Part shown: one piece after another, positions 33,341 to 41,362 of the stretch
Numbering within the stretch: position 1 is the first letter of the stretch
How the letters are laid out: the number at the start of each line of letters is the position of its first letter
Virus record (IMG/VR): IMGVR_UViG_3300045988_043313
Span: 1-45,977 of that record
DNA: 45,977 nucleotides
Strand: one strand, 5' to 3'
Source of the DNA: a virus
Notes under the pieces: generated by a model
What the model was told of the DNA's origin: nothing
The model's database searches: none
Seen by the model: the letters and a program-made list of their open reading frames with translations, nothing else
Program-made: the position numbers and the translations under genes

Positions 33341-33783
33341 GAAAATACACAATAAATCTTCCAAGAGGACTGGAAGTAGATATTTCTAATTTGCCAGAGG
33401 ACTTCAAAGAACAGATCGAGCAGGCGTTCAGAGAGTATACATCTGGAACAGCAAAAGCGTATATGTACGTTGACAAGTTGGGATTCATTGACCGTTGCGT
33501 AGAATATTTAAACGGTAATAAGGATTCAGATGATACTGTAAATTCGTTGGTTGAAGAAGCAATGATTGCTGAGTGGAAAAACAACGGTGAAATCATCAAG
33601 GAAGACGATATATACAACATTGATTTTATGGAAGATTGCTACATAAAAGGCAAGGAAGATGCAAAGCTGAACTCTCATTTCGGAACTGATGATCATCACA
33701 TTTACGACCAGATTCAAAAAGTTCTGGTGAAGATAATTACCGTTGTTATGAATTATAGAGACGAGGAGGACACAAAATGTTAA
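33337..33783 (+). CDS. Hypothetical protein
   Basis: ATGA coupling, 148 aa. Confidence 0.6.
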   Translation: MRKYTINLPRGLEVDISNLPEDFKEQIEQAFREYTSGTAKAYMYVDKLGFIDRCVEYLNGNKDSDDTVNSLVEEAMIAEWKNNGEIIKEDDIYNIDFMEDCYIKGKEDAKLNSHFGTDDHHIYDQIQKVLVKIITVVMNYRDEEDTKC

Positions 33784-34016
33784 TCAGAAGTCAGAATAAA
33801 GCAATTTTATTAAACTTTAGCAATTCGACTGTAGTTTATATTGCGAAAAATGACAAGGATTTTGTTATTTCAAGCCTAGGGAACGAAAACAGATATAGAC
33901 TTGGTAAATATTCTTCAGAAGCGAAAGCTATGAAAGTACTGGATATGATTCAGGAAGCCTGCATAAACGGACATATTGATTTCCAGATGCCAGAAGATTC
34001 GGAGGTAGAAGTATGA
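33777..34016 (+). CDS. Hypothetical protein
   Basis: AGGAGGA RBS, 79 aa. Confidence 0.55.
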   Translation: MLIRSQNKAILLNFSNSTVVYIAKNDKDFVISSLGNENRYRLGKYSSEAKAMKVLDMIQEACINGHIDFQMPEDSEVEV

Positions 34017-34189
34017 ACAAGACCAATATTGGCTTTTTGAAACATGGAGATGTTTTCCGATATAAATGTGAAATGTATAGAGCTGGACATGTAATCGAAA
34101 ATACAGATGGATATGTTTCTTGCACAAATATCAAAACACGCAAAGTTGAAAGGCTTTACATAGATACAGAAGTGGAGGTGGAAGTATGA
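34013..34189 (+). CDS. Small hypothetical protein (58 aa)
   Basis: ATGA coupling at both ends. It fills an otherwise non-coding gap. Confidence 0.45.
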   Translation: MNKTNIGFLKHGDVFRYKCEMYRAGHVIENTDGYVSCTNIKTRKVERLYIDTEVEVEV

Positions 34190-34518
34190 GCCATATCAAA
34201 GACAGATTATCGGATTATCATGATTTCATGAAGAAACTTGTGGATGACCACCAGATGGTTTTGGCAAGCGATGTTATGGATATGATAGAACAGCTTCTGG
34301 CTGATCTGGAGCAGGACGAGAAAGAAAATGGTTGGATTCCAGTCAGTGAGAGATTACCGGAAGACGGAACATATATCACTACTTTAGACGGAGAGCTTGT
34401 CGGACAGGAAGAACCATTCACGGGAATGCACGGTATCGAAAATGGAAAATGGGATGATGAAGACTGTGTTATTGCCTGGATGCCACTACCAGAACCATAT
34501 AAGGAGGACGAGCCATGA
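34186..34518 (+). CDS. DUF551-like phage protein
   Basis: NGWIPVSERLPEDGTYI is the typical W-I-x-V-x-x-x-LP motif. Confidence 0.55.
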   Translation: MSHIKDRLSDYHDFMKKLVDDHQMVLASDVMDMIEQLLADLEQDEKENGWIPVSERLPEDGTYITTLDGELVGQEEPFTGMHGIENGKWDDEDCVIAWMPLPEPYKEDEP

Positions 34519-34616
34519 TTACATTCTTATTAGGATTCACCCTTGGAATCATATTCGGAGTAATTAGTCTTGTATGCGTAGCAATCATGTACGACAAGCA
34601 CCACCCAGACGATTAG
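34515..34616 (+). CDS. Small single-TM protein (33 aa)
   Basis: ATGA coupling. ITFLLGFTLGIIFGVISLVCVAIMY. Confidence 0.4.
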   Translation: MITFLLGFTLGIIFGVISLVCVAIMYDKHHPDD

Positions 34617-34629
34617 AAAGGAGAACGGT

Positions 34630-34944
34630 ATGCTGACAAGGAACAAAAAGCTGAAAGACTACGGTATTCCGGCAGAAGACATAGAAAAACTGAATGCGAT
34701 GCTGAAAGACTTCCCGGCAGAGTACGGATACCTGCTTTCCAGTGCCGCCTTGTCAGCTTGCCCGAAAAACACGGTGATAGCGGATATGGTTATCGAGAAT
34801 ATCTTGCACCGGAAAAGTTACAGGAAGATCAGCAAAGAAAGATATATCCCGATGAATCCAAAAGACTTCTACGGATACAGACGCAAGACCGTCGCTGTAC
34901 TGTATGAGAGGATGCGGTTGTTGGGAGTGTGGGAGGAAAAATAA
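34630..34944 (+). CDS. Putative late transcriptional regulator (sigma region-4/ArpU-RinA-like), tentative
   Basis: AAAGGAG RBS. The C-terminal segment ILHRKSYRKISKERYIPMNPKDFYGYRRKTVAVLYERM resembles an HTH of sigma-r4 type. Assignment is by eye only. Confidence 0.35.
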   Translation: MLTRNKKLKDYGIPAEDIEKLNAMLKDFPAEYGYLLSSAALSACPKNTVIADMVIENILHRKSYRKISKERYIPMNPKDFYGYRRKTVAVLYERMRLLGVWEEK

Positions 34945-35325
34945 ATGAAAGAATATAAATGTCCAAAGTGCAATAGTAAAAACCTTTTTGTCAAGAAAGT
35001 TGGGAATAATACGGGATTGTATTGCGGGGATTGCGGTGCATGGATTAAATGGGTCGGAAAAAATGAGCTGAGAATATTTGAATATTTAAACAGACAGAAA
35101 TACGTAGACGATGCTAATAGTAAACAAGACGATATTGCAAACATCATTTATAGCACTCTCAATCATATGTATTGCGATAATTGCAGATTCAATAGCGAAA
35201 TTAAAGAAAGTGATAGTGATGAATGGAACTGTGATGAATGCCACAGAAAATATAATGGATGGGGAGTTTCCATGCAGGAAAGTAATAAAATTGCAAAAGA
35301 AATTTTAAAACAGTTAGGAGAATAG
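34945..35325 (+). CDS. Zinc-ribbon protein
   Basis: CPKC...CGDC near the N-terminus and CDNC...CDEC later in the sequence. Confidence 0.6.
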   Translation: MKEYKCPKCNSKNLFVKKVGNNTGLYCGDCGAWIKWVGKNELRIFEYLNRQKYVDDANSKQDDIANIIYSTLNHMYCDNCRFNSEIKESDSDEWNCDECHRKYNGWGVSMQESNKIAKEILKQLGE

Positions 35326-35328
35326 GAT

Positions 35329-35559
35329 ATGAGCCGATTGATTGATGCAGACGAATTAATTAAATATATCAAAATTTGGGAAATTGGCACAAGTATTAGC
35401 TCTGACCAGAAAGAGTTTATTGATTGTGTTAATGAACAGTGGACAGCTTTTGATGCGGATAAGGTTGTTGAACAGTTGGAAGATTATTTATTTGAAAAAT
35501 ATTGCATAGAAGGGGATACAACAATTGATGAAATCGTGAAAGGCGGTGGAGTTGAATGA
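35329..35559 (+). CDS. Hypothetical protein
   Basis: AGGAG RBS, 76 aa. Confidence 0.55.
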   Translation: MSRLIDADELIKYIKIWEIGTSISSDQKEFIDCVNEQWTAFDADKVVEQLEDYLFEKYCIEGDTTIDEIVKGGGVE

Positions 35560-36053
35560 GAGAAATTCTTTTCAAGGCAAAGCAGATTGATAATGGTGAA
35601 TGGATAGAAGGAAGCCTCATAGATTTAGACATTGACAACGGATATTGTTATATTGTTCCACCGTATAAAAAAGCGAGTATATTGCCAATCATCTTTTTAA
35701 TAACAGACAGAATGAAATTGGTTGATCCAGAAACCCTCTGCCGGTTTACAGGACTTTGCGACAAGAACGGAAATAAGATTTGGAAGAACGACATTTTGAT
35801 GTGTCATGGAAACCCAAAAGACCTTGTAAAAGCGGCATTTGGAGAATTTGGTGTAAGAAATATTGAAACCGGCTCCATAGTAGACAAAGTTGTCGGATGG
35901 CATTATGAGGTTGTTCCGACAGATGCAATCAGCAGATGTGAACCATTCTGCTGGCCAATGCCATTGACAGAATATTATATCGAAAGATGCGAAATGGAAG
36001 TAGTTGGAAATATTTTCGATAATAAAGAACTATTACAGGAGGTGCCGGAATGA
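35556..36053 (+). CDS. YopX-family protein
   Basis: The N-terminus MREILFKAKQIDNGEWIEG and the C-terminus EVVGNIFDN are typical of YopX. Confidence 0.65.
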   Translation: MREILFKAKQIDNGEWIEGSLIDLDIDNGYCYIVPPYKKASILPIIFLITDRMKLVDPETLCRFTGLCDKNGNKIWKNDILMCHGNPKDLVKAAFGEFGVRNIETGSIVDKVVGWHYEVVPTDAISRCEPFCWPMPLTEYYIERCEMEVVGNIFDNKELLQEVPE

Positions 36054-36283
36054 GTAAATCAGTATTAGTGATTGATACACCGGAGAATTGCGGAAAATGT
36101 AAATTTATAAGCGGATTTTGGTGCAGAGCAATGGATGGTAGGAGAGTTCCAAACAATGATGTAATCCCTAATTGGTGTCCATTGAAGCCACTGCCGGAGA
36201 AAAGTACTACCGAGAATGATATGACGGATTATCAGCGCGGGATGGTCGATGGTCGAAATCAGTGCATTGATGAGATTGTATGA
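36050..36283 (+). CDS. Cys-rich hypothetical protein
   Basis: ATGA coupling. CGKC...C...C pattern. Confidence 0.55.
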   Translation: MSKSVLVIDTPENCGKCKFISGFWCRAMDGRRVPNNDVIPNWCPLKPLPEKSTTENDMTDYQRGMVDGRNQCIDEIV

Positions 36284-36295
36284 GAGGTAGAGCAG

Positions 36296-36634
36296 ATGAG
36301 CAAGAAAGTAAAGTGTTGTGAATGCGATTCTTTTATGGGATGGGCTTTGCCAAGAGGGGTAGATAAAGACAATTACGAATATGCGAAAGAAGTTTTGAAG
36401 TTAGCATCTACTACAGGAATATGTGAATATACCATGAAAACCAAGGCAAGGTCGCATGAGCAGTATTGCAGAAAATTTAAAAAAGACAAGTTTTTAGAAC
36501 GACATAACGATTTTTTTAAAGATGAAATTTTAAAACTTGAAAACATGATCAAGGAATATGAAAAAGAAAATTTTGTGGAAGTAGACGAATCATGGAAAGC
36601 TCATTTTATGAGAAGATTTCAAGAGGTGAAGTAG
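36296..36634 (+). CDS. Cys-rich hypothetical protein
   Basis: GAGAGG RBS. N-terminal KCCECDSF. Confidence 0.55.
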   Translation: MSKKVKCCECDSFMGWALPRGVDKDNYEYAKEVLKLASTTGICEYTMKTKARSHEQYCRKFKKDKFLERHNDFFKDEILKLENMIKEYEKENFVEVDESWKAHFMRRFQEVK

Positions 36635-36976
36635 ATGGAGAGATTAACAGAAAGATATGATATTACGCCAGACGGAGAATCAGATGTCTGGGTTAAACAG
36701 CACGATTATATTTCAGCGGCGCGAAAGCTTTGTGATTACGAAGACTTAGAAGAACAGGGCTTGCTTGTGAGATTGCCGTGTCCTATTGGCACAACTGTAT
36801 GGGACATATGCGGCATGGATATTCGGGAAAACGTGTTAAGTGGAATTGAATGCGGCAAAGATGGTAAACAGTTTTTGTGGGCAAACCATGATGAATGGCT
36901 CGGAGAATTAAATGATTTGGTATTCCTCACTCGTGAAGAAGCTGAGAAGAAGTTGGAGGAGATGAAGAATGGCTGA
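36635..36976 (+). CDS. Hypothetical protein
   Basis: AGAGGTG RBS, 113 aa. Confidence 0.55.
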   Translation: MERLTERYDITPDGESDVWVKQHDYISAARKLCDYEDLEEQGLLVRLPCPIGTTVWDICGMDIRENVLSGIECGKDGKQFLWANHDEWLGELNDLVFLTREEAEKKLEEMKNG

Positions 36977-37136
36977 ATATGTTAAAAAGTCAGATGTAAT
37001 AAAAATCATGGAAAATAATTCTCACATGATAGAGGTATTTGGAGTTAAAAAGAAAATGATTGACGGATTCGCAATGGGTTGTGATTTCGAAGATCTGGAA
37101 ACTGTCAGTATTGAGGAGGACGATAAGGAGGATTAA
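36969..37136 (+). CDS. Small acidic hypothetical protein (55 aa)
   Basis: Overlaps the upstream stop and fills the gap before 37138. Confidence 0.4.
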   Translation: MAEYVKKSDVIKIMENNSHMIEVFGVKKKMIDGFAMGCDFEDLETVSIEEDDKED

Positions 37137-37137
37137 C

Positions 37138-37443
37138 ATGAAACCAGAAGAAGCAAAAGACATATTATCCGATATGAGAGACCAGCATTTATGTTTCCTT
37201 GAAAGTTCTGAAAACAAAGATGAATGGAAGAAAAAATATCTCAAGGAAGCATGGGCGTGTGATTCCGGAGCAAAAGCATTGGAAAAGCAGATTCCATGCA
37301 AACCTGAAGAATATGTTCCAGATTTTCCGTACAATATATTTTCCACTCAAAAATGTGCGAAATGCGGAACACCTGTTATTGGTAAAAAAATAAGCAAGTA
37401 CTGTTCTGAATGCGGGCAGAAAATTGACTGGGGAGAGGAGTGA
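37138..37443 (+). CDS. Zinc-ribbon protein
   Basis: AAGGAGG RBS before ATG 37138. C-terminal CAKC...CSEC. Confidence 0.55.
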   Translation: MKPEEAKDILSDMRDQHLCFLESSENKDEWKKKYLKEAWACDSGAKALEKQIPCKPEEYVPDFPYNIFSTQKCAKCGTPVIGKKISKYCSECGQKIDWGEE

Positions 37444-37447
37444 TTAA

Positions 37448-37591
37448 ATGGATTTTAATACAGCAATGGCGAAATCAGTAGCATGGGCCAGTACATCATT
37501 TGCCTTAATAGCGGCACTCAGTTATACAAAAGAACCATTATGCTTAATGGCATTAGTTCTTCCGCTGTTTGTTGGATTACTTGCACATTAA
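37448..37591 (+). CDS. Small membrane protein (47 aa)
   Basis: Two hydrophobic segments. The start lies 5 nt after the upstream stop. Confidence 0.35.
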   Translation: MDFNTAMAKSVAWASTSFALIAALSYTKEPLCLMALVLPLFVGLLAH

Positions 37592-37610
37592 TGAGAAGGA
37601 GTTGATAATC

Positions 37611-37742
37611 ATGTTGGACAATCCTACACTTGAAATTGACAGAGAAAAGAACGAAGTTACGATAAAATGTAATGGGGATACTATAAAGTTCAAAGATGAT
37701 AATGTGGAAGTGACCAGGGCGAGCAAAAAACATGATGTTTAA
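37611..37742 (+). CDS. Small hypothetical protein (43 aa)
   Basis: GAAGGAG RBS 9 nt upstream. Confidence 0.4.
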   Translation: MLDNPTLEIDREKNEVTIKCNGDTIKFKDDNVEVTRASKKHDV

Positions 37743-37923
37743 GTCACCAGACATAACCCCGCAACTCGCCATATCAGCATTCACAGTACTACATCAATAT
37801 TGCAGCTCAATCAGTCCACATGACTGCATCAGATGCGCATTTTACGAACATTGCCCGGAGTGTTTCATGGGGTGCCCGGGAGATCAGGGCGAGACGATCA
37901 GAAAATTACAAAGCAATGAATAA
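37732..37923 (+). CDS. Cys-rich hypothetical protein
   Basis: 63 aa, CIRCAFYEHCPECFMGC. Last early gene before the terminator. Confidence 0.5.
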   Translation: MMFKSPDITPQLAISAFTVLHQYCSSISPHDCIRCAFYEHCPECFMGCPGDQGETIRKLQSNE

Positions 37924-37930
37924 AATTAGA

Positions 37931-37955
37931 GAGTCGGTATTTACCGGCTCTTTTT
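37931..37955 (+). terminator. Rho-independent terminator ending the early region
   Basis: 8-bp stem GAGTCGGT/ACCGGCTC (one G.U pair), 4-nt loop, then T5. Confidence 0.8.
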
Positions 37956-37967
37956 ATTGCAAAATTC

Positions 37968-38012
37968 CTCAAACATGTACCACAACTTTTCCGCCAACCT
38001 ATGATAGAATAT
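37968..38012 (+). promoter_or_regulatory. Conserved box + extended -10 promoter, copy 2 (upstream of terS)
   Basis: CTCAAACATGTACCACAACTTTT, then 11 nt, then TGATAGAATAT. Confidence 0.7.
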
Positions 38013-38060
38013 ACTCAGAAGTGTTACTATGGGGTTTTATAGACAGTTGGAGGTGAGAAC

Positions 38061-38498
38061 GTGGGAATGACGCCAAAGTACACAAGCGTTGAAGAGATTG
38101 AGAGCAAAATAGAACAGTATTTCGAAGATTGCAAAGGTTATCCATTAACCGATGAAAAAGGGAAACAAATATTTAACAAGTTTGGATCCCCTATTTTCAT
38201 AGATGTTCACCCTCCGACCGTTACAGGACTTGCCTTGGCCCTTGGATTTACGAGCAGACAGGCACTTTTAAATTATCAGGCAAAGCCGGCATTTGTTGAC
38301 ACGATTACGCGCGCGAAAGCCAGAGTGGAACAGTACGCAGAGGAAAGGCTATTTGATCGTGACGGTTCAAATGGCGCTCAGTTCAGCTTGAGAAATAATT
38401 TTAAGGGATGGGATGCTGATAAGAAAAATGATGATTCTGGAGATGGAAAGATTACGATTGTGAATAATATTCCAAGGCCGGAGAAGCAGAATGAATGA
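38061..38498 (+). CDS. terS: Terminase small subunit
   Basis: GGAGGTG RBS. HTH-like PPTVTGLALALGFTSRQALLNY. Directly upstream of and overlapping terL. Confidence 0.8.
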   Translation: MGMTPKYTSVEEIESKIEQYFEDCKGYPLTDEKGKQIFNKFGSPIFIDVHPPTVTGLALALGFTSRQALLNYQAKPAFVDTITRAKARVEQYAEERLFDRDGSNGAQFSLRNNFKGWDADKKNDDSGDGKITIVNNIPRPEKQNE

Positions 38499-39747
38499 GA
38501 ATCCGATTAATCTGAATGAAATTATAGCTCCGGCTTTTTACAATGTATTCTGGGACATTATGGACGGAAAACACACCTATTATGATTTGTATGGTGGGCG
38601 TGGATCTACTAAATCATCTTTTGTGGGTGTCATGATTCCTTTCCTGATGATGCAGGACGCAGAGAACGGCATAATGTCAAATACCGTTATTTTCCGTAAA
38701 GTTGGAAACACACTTCGAGAATCCGTTTATGAACAGATAGCATGGGGAATTGACGCGCTCGGAGCCAATGAACTATGGGACACCAGTGTAAGCCCTATGC
38801 AGTACACTTATAAGCCTACCGGACAGAAAATCATATTCAGAGGACTGGACAAGGCAAAAAAGACTAAATCTATTAAAGCAAGCAAGGGATACTTCAAGTA
38901 TCTCTGGTTCGAGGAACTTGACGAATTTTCGGGCATTGAAGAAATTCGTACAGTGCAGCAGTCAGTCCTTCGAGGTGGCAGTAAGTTTATTGTATTTAAG
39001 ACATTCAATCCGCCAATTAGCCGGAGCAACTGGGCGAATGTGTATGTAGAAGAGCCACGAGACGACAGCTACAGGCATAAGAGTGATTACAGATCAGTTC
39101 CTGTTGAATGGCTTGGTCAACAATTCCTTGATGATGCGGAACATCTCAAAAAGACAAATCCAAGAGCTTACGACCATGAATATTTAGGACTTCCGGTTGG
39201 ACTCGGTACAAATATCTTTGAGCTGTTGGAAATCCGAACGATTCCAGACGAAGAAATTCAGAAGTATCAAAGTATCTATCAGGGACAAGACTGGGGATGG
39301 TATCCGGATCCCAAAGCGTTTATTCGTGTGGCTTATGTACCTAATCAGGACAAAGTTATCCTGCTGGATGAGCTTGGCGGTTGTAAAATCCGTAATACGG
39401 CAATGGCTGACCAGATCAAGGCAAAACAGTATGATGATTATTCTATCTATTGCGGAGTTGACGAAGAGGAAAGTATTATTGACTTCCGAGATGCAGGGCT
39501 TCCAGCACGTAGGGCCATTGTTACACCGGGAAGCCGCAAATATACTTTTGAGTGGTTACAGTGCCGAACATTAGTCATTGATCCGGCACGAACGCCTAGA
39601 GCATACAAGGAAATTATCAATTACGAGCATGAAGTAGATAACAATGGAGAAGTGATTGCAGATTATCCAGATGGCAACGATCACTGGATAGATTCTCTCA
39701 GATACGCAACCAGTCCATTGTCCATGAGAAGGGGGAACAGTGCATAA
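38491..39747 (+). CDS. terL: Terminase large subunit (PBSX-like)
   Basis: Walker A YGGRGSTKS and Walker B-like LWFEELDE, with a C-terminal nuclease region. Confidence 0.92.
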   Translation: MNENPINLNEIIAPAFYNVFWDIMDGKHTYYDLYGGRGSTKSSFVGVMIPFLMMQDAENGIMSNTVIFRKVGNTLRESVYEQIAWGIDALGANELWDTSVSPMQYTYKPTGQKIIFRGLDKAKKTKSIKASKGYFKYLWFEELDEFSGIEEIRTVQQSVLRGGSKFIVFKTFNPPISRSNWANVYVEEPRDDSYRHKSDYRSVPVEWLGQQFLDDAEHLKKTNPRAYDHEYLGLPVGLGTNIFELLEIRTIPDEEIQKYQSIYQGQDWGWYPDPKAFIRVAYVPNQDKVILLDELGGCKIRNTAMADQIKAKQYDDYSIYCGVDEEESIIDFRDAGLPARRAIVTPGSRKYTFEWLQCRTLVIDPARTPRAYKEIINYEHEVDNNGEVIADYPDGNDHWIDSLRYATSPLSMRRGNSA

Positions 39748-39748
39748 A

Positions 39749-39907
39749 ATGTTAGATAGGTACTTTTCAGATAAAATAAATAAATTCTTAAGCATCGGTT
39801 TAAAAATATATGGATCATCTGACATTAACGAAATCTTAAAAGTTGTAGAATATGAAGACATTATTGTGCGAGATACTTCTGTAAGGTGGATGGATTTTAA
39901 AAGGTAG
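39749..39907 (+). CDS. Possible small AT-rich ORF (52 aa)
   Basis: It fills the terL-portal gap, but the RBS is weak. Confidence 0.25.
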   Translation: MLDRYFSDKINKFLSIGLKIYGSSDINEILKVVEYEDIIVRDTSVRWMDFKR

Positions 39908-39912
39908 ATTAA

Positions 39913-41358
39913 ATGGGACTTATAACAACACTAAAAAGGTGGTTTAACATGATATTCAAAAAACAAGCCGAAGAGGACTTTAATATCCAGGCGGCAGAGT
40001 TCCCAGAGATGGAATCGTTGATTAATAAATGTGCAAACATATATCGAGGCGTTCCATACTGGTTAGATGATAAAAATAACATCAAGACGATTAATTTTGC
40101 TAAATCCGTCTGCTCCGAGACTGCCAGACTTGCAACATTGGCGATCGGTATTCAGATTGACGGCTCTGCAAGGGCGGCATGGTTACAGGAGCAGATCGAT
40201 AAAGTATATTTCCAGATACGTCACTGGGTAGAATACGGCTGTGCTTATGGAACGGTATTTATCAAACCAAACGGTGAGAGCCTTGACGTATTCACTCCGG
40301 CAGATGTGATGATTGTGGATTACGATAATCAGGAAATCAAAGGGATTATATTTAAGGACTCTTATACTGTTGGTAGAAAATACTACACAAGGCTCGAATA
40401 TCACAGGTTTGTTGAGACAACAGTGGACGGAGTGACAACCTATCCGTATTATGTTTCTAACAGAGCCTATGTATCAAAATCTCCTCAAAGCATCGGAGAC
40501 AAGATTGACCTTAAACAGACAAAGTGGGCTGACCTAATGGCAGATACGCCGCCGATACTCAAGGCAAACGGCGAGAAACTGGACGGACCTTTGTACGGAG
40601 TACTGCGGACACCACAGGCGAATAACGTGGATATCAGTACACCGCTTGGATTGCCGATATTTGCAGAAGCAATTGAGGAATTAAAGGATTTAGACATTGC
40701 ATACAGCCGAAACGCAAAAGAAATCCTTGATTCTAAGCGGACTGTTCTGGCAGATGACAGATTGTTGATGCCGAGTGGTTCACCTGTCTCCGCTATGACA
40801 CCACAGGCAATGGAACATAGATGCTTAGAAATGAGTTTACCAGATTATGTGAAAAACGTATTCGGACAGGACGAGAAAGAGTTCTATCAAGAAATCAACC
40901 CGATTCTAAACACAGATACCCGTATAAGTGGCATAAACGCCATTTTAAGCCAGTTAGGGTACAAGATTGGATTCTCCAACGGATACTTCGTTTTTAACGA
41001 ATCCAGCGGCATTCAGACAGCTACAGGAGTAGAAGCGGAACAGCAGAGGACAGTGCAGTTCATCAAGGATGTAAGGGATAAGTTAGAGTCTTGCCTAGAT
41101 GAAGTTATTTACGCATTGAACGTTTACGCTGATCTGTACGGGCTTGCACCGGTTGGGGCTTATGAAGTCAATTATGATTTCGGAGACATCCTATATGTGC
41201 GTGAAAACGACCGTGCAAGATGGTGGCAGTATGTGACCACTGGCAAAGTTCCGGCATGGTTGTATTTCGTGAAATTTGAAGGAATGACCGAGGAAGAAGC
41301 GAAAGCAATGGTCAAAGAAGCTCAACCAGACGAACCAACATTATTCGGAGAGGAGTAA
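39913..41358 (+). CDS. Portal protein (SPP1 gp6-like)
   Basis: 481 aa, follows terL, and the sequence style is typical of the SPP1 portal family. Confidence 0.88.
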   Translation: MGLITTLKRWFNMIFKKQAEEDFNIQAAEFPEMESLINKCANIYRGVPYWLDDKNNIKTINFAKSVCSETARLATLAIGIQIDGSARAAWLQEQIDKVYFQIRHWVEYGCAYGTVFIKPNGESLDVFTPADVMIVDYDNQEIKGIIFKDSYTVGRKYYTRLEYHRFVETTVDGVTTYPYYVSNRAYVSKSPQSIGDKIDLKQTKWADLMADTPPILKANGEKLDGPLYGVLRTPQANNVDISTPLGLPIFAEAIEELKDLDIAYSRNAKEILDSKRTVLADDRLLMPSGSPVSAMTPQAMEHRCLEMSLPDYVKNVFGQDEKEFYQEINPILNTDTRISGINAILSQLGYKIGFSNGYFVFNESSGIQTATGVEAEQQRTVQFIKDVRDKLESCLDEVIYALNVYADLYGLAPVGAYEVNYDFGDILYVRENDRARWWQYVTTGKVPAWLYFVKFEGMTEEEAKAMVKEAQPDEPTLFGEE

Positions 41359-41362
41359 GAAG

